The notes beneath the pieces are model-generated. The model did not search any database and had not been told where the DNA came from. It was given only the letters and a program-made list of their open reading frames with translations. A stretch of DNA of 61,050 nucleotides from a virus. Taxonomy: Duplodnaviria; Caudoviricetes. Shown here in pieces: positions 28,003 to 36,133 of the stretch; within the stretch, counting starts at the first letter, position 1; each line of letters starts with the position of its first letter. The translations under genes were made by a program, and so were the position numbers. The DNA lies in the IMG/VR virus record IMGVR_UViG_3300021141_000010, positions 1 to 61,050 of that record; one strand, given 5' to 3'.

Positions 28003-28187
28003 TGCGGCAACTTGATTGGTGGGAGACGATCCGACCGGGTGACTTGGCATGGTTCCCCGCCCCCCTGGCGGATGGCTATTGCCCTGTGAACGTATCAATC
28101 GGCATGACAGTTGACGAGGCGTTCTGGCATTACAAAAGGGTTAACGTACTAGTTATCTTCTACAGACCCGACGAGATCAACGCATGA
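28002..28187 (+). CDS. Hypothetical protein
   Basis: TAATG/ATGA coupling. Confidence 0.55.
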   Translation: MRQLDWWETIRPGDLAWFPAPLADGYCPVNVSIGMTVDEAFWHYKRVNVLVIFYRPDEINA

Positions 28188-28408
28188 GCAGTGACCGATT
28201 CGAGTATGTCCTGAGATACGGTAACACACCAATCGACGACGACGTGGCACAAGCCATGTTCGTCGGTACGGATGCCCCTGCCGGATCTCTTGAAAAAATC
28301 GAAGTGATGCGAAAACGCGCAGAACTCGGCCAACCTATTTTCCACGAAAACGACCGATCCGATTGGCGAGGGATCGGATTAACTTTTACTAAACCCAATG
28401 ATGAGTAA
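28184..28408 (+). CDS. Hypothetical phage protein
   Basis: TDAPAGSLEKIEVMRKRAELGQPIFHEND motif; coupled. Confidence 0.7.
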   Translation: MSSDRFEYVLRYGNTPIDDDVAQAMFVGTDAPAGSLEKIEVMRKRAELGQPIFHENDRSDWRGIGLTFTKPNDE

Positions 28409-28862
28409 GAAAAAGAAAAACCCACCTGCCGAGATATATGTGTGCCACTGGTCGCCCGGCAAGCACCCTCCTATGGGATTCTATAGCTACAGAGCAGACC
28501 GAAAGATCAGGACGCAGGAGGAAGCCTACGCTTTGCAGCGTAGGCTTCTGAAAAAAGCCAAGAGGATGCTAGACGCGAAGCGTCCTTTGAACGCTTCGCA
28601 TTTCATGCAAGCTCTGCTAGCTATTGAGCCCGGTGCGTGGGTTCGCGAGTATGGCAGGGCGATCAGTAACACCCGAATGGTGTCGTTTAAGGCGCGGTCG
28701 GAGCAAACCCGCGACGAGATGCTCAGAACCGTAAACGACCTCAGCAAAGTCCATAATGTTGTAAGCTCTGTGGAGCAAAGAGATGGGTTTTTTATCCACA
28801 GTTACGAGGCCCACATGATACAGAAGACCATCAGGATTTACCCAAAGGAGTATTGCAAGTGA
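28398..28862 (+). CDS. Hypothetical protein
   Basis: 154-aa ORF in the operon. Confidence 0.55.
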   Translation: MMSKKKKNPPAEIYVCHWSPGKHPPMGFYSYRADRKIRTQEEAYALQRRLLKKAKRMLDAKRPLNASHFMQALLAIEPGAWVREYGRAISNTRMVSFKARSEQTRDEMLRTVNDLSKVHNVVSSVEQRDGFFIHSYEAHMIQKTIRIYPKEYCK

Positions 28863-29539
28863 CCAATAATCGCAAAATCTATACGATACACAACAACAAT
28901 CTTGGGGATCACTGGACGAGCTACTGTTTGATGGCTGTTGTAGGTGAAATGCATCAAACTCGATACGAACTCGGAACGATCAACGCAGGTTTCGACTTCG
29001 TAGATCGCCTTACGGAAATCGAAGCCTTGTTCAATCAGCATGTTCGTTATGCTCCGATCTTGGTACGCGAACAAGGTACGCACAAAATCGACGCTTGGTT
29101 GAATTGGTGCTTCCCGGCCTTGCCAGTAGATGCTGGGTTCCGTTGGGACATAATCAATGTGACCAAGACGGTATGCTATCAATTTGACGGCATATCTTCC
29201 GACACCCACAAGAATCCAGACGAACAGACAGCCTCGCAAATATTAAATTATTTCGAGGAGCTTGGGTACAGATGTATCCGTTTGGGCAAGCATATGAGTC
29301 TACAGGAAGTGTGCCTAAATCTATCGCAGTGTGCGTTGTTCGTGGGGTGCGACAGTGGCATAAGCCACGTCGCACACAGTGTGGGTTGTCCAGTATTTAT
29401 GTACGAGAAGCACCTACCCACCGAGACTTGCCATCGACTTAAGCAGTCAGATGTTTTTCGCAATTTATCAGAACTGAGAATGAAATCCCAGCACTGGCTT
29501 CAACTGCTAAGTATCGGCATGCGGCTTTCGACACCTTGA
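28853..29539 (+). CDS. GT9-like (heptosyltransferase-fold) glycosyltransferase
   Basis: N-terminal LGDH; SLQEV..LSQCALFVGCDSGISHVAHSVGCP. Confidence 0.75.
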   Translation: MQVTNNRKIYTIHNNNLGDHWTSYCLMAVVGEMHQTRYELGTINAGFDFVDRLTEIEALFNQHVRYAPILVREQGTHKIDAWLNWCFPALPVDAGFRWDIINVTKTVCYQFDGISSDTHKNPDEQTASQILNYFEELGYRCIRLGKHMSLQEVCLNLSQCALFVGCDSGISHVAHSVGCPVFMYEKHLPTETCHRLKQSDVFRNLSELRMKSQHWLQLLSIGMRLSTP

Positions 29540-29562
29540 CCCGGCCAAGAGTAAGACGGCAG

Positions 29563-31590
29563 CTAGCCGCATAGCCCTGCGGCTTCGTCCTTCTCAGCTT
29601 TGCTGATTGCGCGAAGCACGACTAGTTTCACAACCGGACGCACGAATAAGCCACCGAGGTTTCTCTTGGTGGCTTCTTCGTTTAGCCAGTCCAGAATTAG
29701 CTCAAGATTATCTCTACACCACTGAACGCCTTGGGAATCCATTATCCTCGCTCTTTGATTACAAGAGCAGTTTGGCGTTGCTTCGATGCCTATCTTTTTG
29801 AGCCATGCCTTAAGGTTGGTTCCACAACCACAAGGCTTGCCTTCCTTGTCGGTCTTGGGCCAAGGCTTCGTCTCATTTTCCGGGCGATCCTCAGGCACGC
29901 GAGAGAGTACGGTCATGCCGTACTGCTTGTCATTATGCTCGGCGACGAACCATTCTGGACTCGCAGCGATAAAACTCTTGATGGCCCACCAGAGTCCCTT
30001 GGTATCCCCTTCGCCGACCAGTCCGTAAGTTGCTGTGTCGTGAATCATGATCCGCTTGCGGATCTTCGGAGCATAGGTGGTTAGCTCTTGCAATAATCGC
30101 TCGCCTGTATGGCGGGTGTCAAGAAACAAGAAATCCCCCTCGGGGATTTCTCGAACCATCTCATCGTGGTTCGCCTTTGTCACAGTGTACGACAAAGGCC
30201 GACCGGCGTGATTTCGCACCAAATCTTGGAGAATCTGAATGAGCGAGTCATCCTCCTCTTGCCAAGAGAACACCTCGGCGACCTTTTGACAACTCTTGGA
30301 GCATTGCCCGTCTCCGCAAGTAGGCTTCGAGCATGTTTTACGCCCCATAGCTGCGAGCAAGAAAGCAGAGCTTTCTCGCCGTTCGGTGAGTTCGATAGCG
30401 GCATCGCACCCAATTGTCCAACGCATGAATGCGTTGATATGCTGGTCAAGATCCCGAGGGTTCTTGACTAGGAACTCTGCAACATCGCCTAGCGATGTTG
30501 CGGCGGTAGGTAGTAGCATTCCGAGGTTGGATTTGTAGAGCGCGTCTAAGGCTACGGGGGCGGCCTTATTTTGGACGAACGGAGTGAAGTTCTTGGGGTC
30601 GGAAGCAATCATGTCGTACTGAGCTTGTGGAACCCCAACTTCGTCTACGAAGTGCTTGCGGATAGGCTCAGTGTCCATCCCAAGTTCCTTGTACCCAAGC
30701 AGGTAGTTCCTGACCTTCCCTTCCATCGTCAGCGGGTACTTCGGCCCGCCGACTCTGCCGAATCGGTGGTTCCACTTGAGGAACGGAAGACAGATTGTCT
30801 TCCGGCCCGCCGCTCGGTACTTGCGGTGGATGTAGCATTCCTCGCCACCGAACATGCGGAAGTCGGGATTGAATCCTAGCCAATGCTCCTTCGACGAGCA
30901 GAAGAGTCCCAAGCCCTGCGCCGGGATCTCGAACGGCGGGTCGTTCGAGTCGAACCCGGCCACCTTGTAGCCTCGGCCCATCAATGCGTGTTCGTGGCCT
31001 GCAAATGGCACGTCCAGGACGTGCCATTCTCCGAGGCCCTCGGGATGGAGTTTACGAATCTGGAGTTTCCCATCGGCGGTTTGCCCTGTCACCACAAGAA
31101 CCCCGTCTGGATGCCACCAAGCCGTCGCCCAAGTGCCTTCCATCTGGTCGCGGAAGACGCACTCGAAGTGGGTCGAAACGAACGAGAGGCCGTCATATAA
31201 AAGAGGGCCGGTGAAAAGATTCTTTTGCATCTCTTCATCCGAATTGGTAAGGAATTCCCGTAAGCGGTGAATTCCGTTCGCTTGGAGGAACACATGGGGA
31301 TCCGTCACCATGACATACTGCCCTTCCGCTTCGCGGAAGAGTCGTTCGCGGGTCTGAGTCGTCCCTGACGACTCCGTGTGGGCGATGTACCGAACTTTGT
31401 CCTTGGCCGATAGGCTCTGGACAAAGTTTCGGGTATGGGTTCCGTGTTCGCTGTCGGGGTTGTTGTCGAGGACGATGAACTCGCAATCCCGAGCGGTGTC
31501 CTGGTACATTCGGTGCGCCTGCACCGAAAAGTACACGCCGTCGAAGTCATCGTAAGTCGCCATGGCGATGGTAAGGAAGGGCTTGGTCAT
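29563..31590 (-). CDS. GT-A glycosyltransferase (GT2/GT27-like) + class I SAM methyltransferase-like domain + Cys-rich C-terminal domain
   Basis: LTIAMATYDD, IVLDNN, VTDPH, GLGLF, FGGEE, NHRF; DFLFLDTRH..QEL..IMIHDT; GCGT.LK..CSC..RA.MD. Confidence 0.82.
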   Translation of the reverse strand: MTKPFLTIAMATYDDFDGVYFSVQAHRMYQDTARDCEFIVLDNNPDSEHGTHTRNFVQSLSAKDKVRYIAHTESSGTTQTRERLFREAEGQYVMVTDPHVFLQANGIHRLREFLTNSDEEMQKNLFTGPLLYDGLSFVSTHFECVFRDQMEGTWATAWWHPDGVLVVTGQTADGKLQIRKLHPEGLGEWHVLDVPFAGHEHALMGRGYKVAGFDSNDPPFEIPAQGLGLFCSSKEHWLGFNPDFRMFGGEECYIHRKYRAAGRKTICLPFLKWNHRFGRVGGPKYPLTMEGKVRNYLLGYKELGMDTEPIRKHFVDEVGVPQAQYDMIASDPKNFTPFVQNKAAPVALDALYKSNLGMLLPTAATSLGDVAEFLVKNPRDLDQHINAFMRWTIGCDAAIELTERRESSAFLLAAMGRKTCSKPTCGDGQCSKSCQKVAEVFSWQEEDDSLIQILQDLVRNHAGRPLSYTVTKANHDEMVREIPEGDFLFLDTRHTGERLLQELTTYAPKIRKRIMIHDTATYGLVGEGDTKGLWWAIKSFIAASPEWFVAEHNDKQYGMTVLSRVPEDRPENETKPWPKTDKEGKPCGCGTNLKAWLKKIGIEATPNCSCNQRARIMDSQGVQWCRDNLELILDWLNEEATKRNLGGLFVRPVVKLVVLRAISKAEKDEAAGLCG

Positions 31591-31668
31591 TTATTTGTTC
31601 CCGCTGAAATGGAAAGAGACATCCTGATTCTACAGGATGTCTCTAAGTCAGCAAAATTTGTGAGATAG

Positions 31669-34600
31669 TTATGGGAACAACGGAGGTGATAAAGTCACCG
31701 ACGTTGTGGGTGCAATTGTGGTCGTCGTCGTGGTCGGCCCACACGGGAAGGATGCCTGGGCACACGTCTCATTTGCTACCCAATACCCGCTGGCCCGGTC
31801 GCACCAGGACTCAGTCTGGCCGCTGGCACAGAGCGAGTATTCAGTACCAAAACAACATCGCCCAAGCGGAACAGGCGTGGTGGTCGTCGTAGTGCCGCAC
31901 ACATCTGCCGGAGAGCAAGAAGCACCTTGAGTCCATCCCAGAACTTGATATTGGGGGACGCTAGGGAAGTTGTAAAAATCACATTCTGCTTGAGTAAGAC
32001 CTTCTGTACAAAAGATACCCCCCGACTCAACTGCTCTTAGGCAACACCTACCGGTCGGAGGCAATGTCGTTGTCGTGGTAGTAGTGAAAGATGGGCATGT
32101 AAACGAATCGCAGTTCTGGTTAGCATACCAGACACTAGCTAGCCGCAACGAACAGTCCGCCTGCGTCTCGGTGGCGCAGAAGGTGGAGCCGCCAGAAGGG
32201 TAGCAACATGCGCCGGTAGGTACAGGCGTAGTTGGACAATCCGCAGTTTCGCAAGTGCTTCCGGGGCCTTGGGGCGATCCATATCTGGCGATGCATTGTT
32301 GAGGGGTAAGCATCTCGCAAGCGGCATCGAGGAAGCAGCAAGCCTGAGGAGCGACTGTCGTGCCAGTCGTTGTGGACGTAGATGTCTGCGTGGTAGGAAG
32401 TACGGATCCGCAGGTGTACCTGCGGATCTCACAGTCGGACGCACTAAGAGTCGGCGGATATGCTGGACAGGGGCAAGTCGACGGGCATGGGTCGTCGATT
32501 TTAACCCAGCCGCCGATAAGATTGCCTCTGAATGTGCATTGCTTGTCGCAAGGCTGAGTTGTGCAACAAGCACACGGTTCGATAGACCTAAACTGACAGC
32601 CAGTCTCTACCAAGTCGCAAATACTCGCAGGCGGCGTAGCTGGTGGGTAGCAACCACAACAACACGGATTATCTTCTAGCACATTAGTACATCCCGGAGA
32701 GTACCCGCCGATGTTGGGCCAAGATCCGTGTGGCGGGCATTTACATCCAGAGACTCCGTTACGGACTGGGAAACACCCGTCGTTCATACCTACAGTTTTT
32801 TGCCATCTCAATGTAGATCCGTACCCGTCCTCATACACTGCGTACCACATGCAAGATCCTTCGCAAGACGTGCATAAATTGGACGGCGTTGTTCCTGGAC
32901 GAACGCAACTCCCAGAAACGATAGTCCCGCATGGCGGCGATGTGGATGGGTACGACAACACACAGTTGCATCCTGGTTGGCATGTGCTTACTGGCACATA
33001 TCCGCGACCTGTGAGGTACTGAGATGAGCAAGATCCCGAGCAGGGAGCAAGCGTAGTCGATGTGGTGCTTGAACCGCAGTTGCATTCCTGGTTGTACGTT
33101 GTGTCATAACACACAAACTGACCAGGAGCCCCAGTAGTTGTTGGGCATGTTATGCCCACCATACTCGCACCGCCTGGGCGACAGACGGTTCGCACACAAT
33201 CAGAGGCGGACACAGGGCAAAACGTAGGAGGCTCACATCCGCACGGGACAGGAGTAGTAGATGTTGTGGACGTTGTGGACGTTGTGGACGTTGTTGTGGT
33301 GTTTTGGTTGATCGGCAGGTAGTCGTTCAGCGGTGACGACTCACACGTCTCGCAGGGAGGCCCAGGCACGCATGGGGACTCAAATAGGTAAACACCTATC
33401 GGGGATTCTGTCACCCCGTTGACAAACACATCTTGATAGTATATGAACTTTGGCGGACTGGCTGACGGTCTAGTCCCAGCAGGGCAACTTTGGCATTGTA
33501 TCCAATTACCAGCGAACTTTTCCCCATCCTCAAACAATAAAGCCTCTGAGCCGTATCGCCCTCCCCAGTAGAACACTTGATCAGCATAGCCAAAAGCCTT
33601 AAAGCCTGCATAGCCCGTGCTGAATTCAGAGTCGTCGAGCGCGCATGGAGAGGCCACGCATGGGGTGTCGTGTATCATCACCCACGAGGTAGGCCCAGGA
33701 TCAAAAGCGGCAACGCTACCTACCTTTAGCAATGGTACTTGGCCTGTTGGGCAATCTTGGCAGATCGCCCAACCACCGACGCCGCCTTTCCATATGGCGG
33801 CTCTGTACTCGCCGGGGATCGCGGGGACTACGGAGGCTGCCAATGAGCAAGCCTCTTCTCCCGGAGCCGGGGTAGTTGTGGTCGTGCTAGTAGTGCTGGT
33901 CGTCGTGGAGACTACGAGACACTGGCTAAGGACTTCGCCTTCCTCTAGAAAACATGGATCTCCAACCCCGTAGCATGAGCAAGGCTCCGTGCATGGGAAG
34001 TTGTACAGATCGCTTACGACCACATAACGCAGTGATGGCTGCCACGATTGGGGCCAGCTTGTAGTTGTCGTGGACGTGCTGCCAGACGGGCTGCCAGTGG
34101 TCGTAGTGACGGGCATGCATCGAAGCCTACAAGGCGTGTACGAACACGGCGCGGGGGTTGTGCTTGTTGTGGTGGTGCTTGAGGTGGTCGTACTCGTTGT
34201 GGTCGTGGTGGTCGTGCTTGAGGTGGTCGTATTGGAACACCCGCCTTGCGGGGGTTTCCAAACCAAACCGCCTAACCCAAACCCAGCAGTGAATATGCAC
34301 TCACCTTGGCACACGGGTCTGGGCGATATGTCTGGGGGCTGTGTAGACGTAGTCGAGGAAGACGAGGCTACCTCCTGCGGTCGCTCATTTGTCCAATAAC
34401 CATTCTTATGCCTAAAGACTTGTACGAAGTCGGTAGTTGTTAAGGCATAATAGTTGTAGACCAGGACTTTCACTGGCAGATCAATGCCGTCCAGAACTGG
34501 GATCAGCTTCTTCTGGGCTTCATCTAATTTGAACAGGCAGCACACGGCTTCGCCTGGAAACACCTCACCGTCTTCTCGGGTTGCGGCAGGTAGTCCTGTC

Positions 34601-34761
34601 TCACATGGCGGTAAAGCCCAGTACGCATCCGGTGCGGTTTGGAAGTTTCTGTTAGTCGGAGGGAGCATCGACGGGGGTGGTGCGGATCGTACCGCCTCGA
34701 CTAACCCCTTGACGACCTTCAGACCTTCTTTAGTTAGCGTGTAGAATTTATTTTGAGTCAT
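31669..34761 (-). CDS. Mucin-like Cys/Thr-rich putative tail fibre or adhesin (1030 aa)
   Basis: Tail-fibre position downstream of the tape measure; about 87 Cys by hand count; many poly-Thr/Ser tracts; four C-terminal 6-Cys (G/Q)(A/R)CC repeats. Confidence 0.7.
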   Translation of the reverse strand: MTQNKFYTLTKEGLKVVKGLVEAVRSAPPPSMLPPTNRNFQTAPDAYWALPPCETGLPAATREDGEVFPGEAVCCLFKLDEAQKKLIPVLDGIDLPVKVLVYNYYALTTTDFVQVFRHKNGYWTNERPQEVASSSSTTSTQPPDISPRPVCQGECIFTAGFGLGGLVWKPPQGGCSNTTTSSTTTTTTTSTTTSSTTTTSTTPAPCSYTPCRLRCMPVTTTTGSPSGSTSTTTTSWPQSWQPSLRYVVVSDLYNFPCTEPCSCYGVGDPCFLEEGEVLSQCLVVSTTTSTTSTTTTTPAPGEEACSLAASVVPAIPGEYRAAIWKGGVGGWAICQDCPTGQVPLLKVGSVAAFDPGPTSWVMIHDTPCVASPCALDDSEFSTGYAGFKAFGYADQVFYWGGRYGSEALLFEDGEKFAGNWIQCQSCPAGTRPSASPPKFIYYQDVFVNGVTESPIGVYLFESPCVPGPPCETCESSPLNDYLPINQNTTTTSTTSTTSTTSTTPVPCGCEPPTFCPVSASDCVRTVCRPGGASMVGITCPTTTGAPGQFVCYDTTYNQECNCGSSTTSTTLAPCSGSCSSQYLTGRGYVPVSTCQPGCNCVLSYPSTSPPCGTIVSGSCVRPGTTPSNLCTSCEGSCMWYAVYEDGYGSTLRWQKTVGMNDGCFPVRNGVSGCKCPPHGSWPNIGGYSPGCTNVLEDNPCCCGCYPPATPPASICDLVETGCQFRSIEPCACCTTQPCDKQCTFRGNLIGGWVKIDDPCPSTCPCPAYPPTLSASDCEIRRYTCGSVLPTTQTSTSTTTGTTVAPQACCFLDAACEMLTPQQCIARYGSPQGPGSTCETADCPTTPVPTGACCYPSGGSTFCATETQADCSLRLASVWYANQNCDSFTCPSFTTTTTTTLPPTGRCCLRAVESGGIFCTEGLTQAECDFYNFPSVPQYQVLGWTQGASCSPADVCGTTTTTTPVPLGRCCFGTEYSLCASGQTESWCDRASGYWVANETCAQASFPCGPTTTTTTIAPTTSVTLSPPLFP

Positions 34762-35216
34762 AGGGGGAAGGCCGAGATATGCAAAATGGAGGTAGATCGT
34801 GTGGAAGACGCATACAGCTTCCCACTGAACTGTCCATACATCATCCGCTCTGGCCCTATTGTACCGACTAATCCCGATTCGTTGTAAATTTCAATTACGT
34901 TCATCTTCTGCTGGCTTTCCAGCAATTCATTTTTCTGTTGCAGTTGCGGGACTTTGTGTCCCAGAAGCAGTTCGTAAGCCTCGCAAGACTCTGGGAGAAT
35001 GATCTCCTTTTTCTCACCTGGGTTAATTTTGATATTTTGTTGCTGGGATGCGTATTTGGACGGAACTAATCGGTCGCACGCCCATCGAGCAACGGTCGTT
35101 TGCCCAGTCTCGAACTCAAGGTAATGGCCCTGGACAACCAGGGTAAACCTATCGTCGTTTATGGTTTTTGGAGTGCCTTGGGTGGTCAAAAATTGCTCTT
35201 CGTTTCTATGCGTCAT
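34758..35216 (-). CDS. Hypothetical tail-region protein
   Basis: ATGA-coupled in the tail operon. Confidence 0.65.
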   Translation of the reverse strand: MTHRNEEQFLTTQGTPKTINDDRFTLVVQGHYLEFETGQTTVARWACDRLVPSKYASQQQNIKINPGEKKEIILPESCEAYELLLGHKVPQLQQKNELLESQQKMNVIEIYNESGLVGTIGPERMMYGQFSGKLYASSTRSTSILHISAFPL

Positions 35217-36124
35217 GGTATGAGTGTGGTTGGGATCCCGAGAAGTAGTAGATTGGCCTCTTTTGGAATTCTCAGCGTCTGGATGTAGACATCTTCTTCG
35301 TTATCCACAGCCTCCCCAGAGGAATTGAGGAAAACAACTTCCATGTTCTCTCCCTTGCTGTCCTTTGCAATTACGAAGTCCTCTGCCTTGGTTCCAAGTG
35401 TCCCTTCCTTTTTAATCTTCATCCCCATTGCTGGCACTTTTTTATCGAAAGTTTCCAGATTGCATTCAAAGGTGTATGTGACTTTGTAGTAGTAGAAGCA
35501 TGACCCATACAACACACGCTCCCATTTCGCATCCGTAAAGCGTACACACCTAGAAGGAAGACCCCAAAGGGGTGCGTCGTTGACTTTGTTTATGAGTAGC
35601 ACATAAGTGCTGAGCGGCAGGACGCCGGTGTTAAAGCCGATTGTGACCGAAGGGTAGCTGATCTTGTCTTCAACTTCGGGGCCGGTGATCGGCTCAAAGT
35701 TCGGGTGTCGGAGAGGCATGCCGTCCTTGTCCACCTTCATTTCGCGACTGACGTGAACAAAGTCACCAGAAAGAGTGAACGGCTCAAGGAGCGGGTTGTC
35801 GATGGGCGGGAACATGCATCTCGACATCGGCTTGGTGGTGTACTTCGTACTGACCATCCAATCCAACGTAGGCTCGCCTTCCTCGACATCTCGGTGTACC
35901 GAGATGGAGAGTTCAGGCGTGCGAAACGCCCACGGATCGTAGTCATTGTCGATAGCATATGCAGTGCCTAGCGGGGGCAGTTGCGTATTGACCGCCGCCA
36001 AAACCATCTCCGGCCCATCGAGATACGAATTGGTTCGGAATTGCCATATGACATCGTAGGTTCTATGACCTTCTTCATCACGAGCCATGCTCTGGTTTTT
36101 TAGTCCGACTAGGTATGCTGTCAT
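35213..36124 (-). CDS. Putative distal tail/hub protein
   Basis: Immediately downstream of the tape measure; beta-rich; GGAG SD. Confidence 0.6.
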   Translation of the reverse strand: MTAYLVGLKNQSMARDEEGHRTYDVIWQFRTNSYLDGPEMVLAAVNTQLPPLGTAYAIDNDYDPWAFRTPELSISVHRDVEEGEPTLDWMVSTKYTTKPMSRCMFPPIDNPLLEPFTLSGDFVHVSREMKVDKDGMPLRHPNFEPITGPEVEDKISYPSVTIGFNTGVLPLSTYVLLINKVNDAPLWGLPSRCVRFTDAKWERVLYGSCFYYYKVTYTFECNLETFDKKVPAMGMKIKKEGTLGTKAEDFVIAKDSKGENMEVVFLNSSGEAVDNEEDVYIQTLRIPKEANLLLLGIPTTLIP

Positions 36125-36133
36125 AAAGATCTC

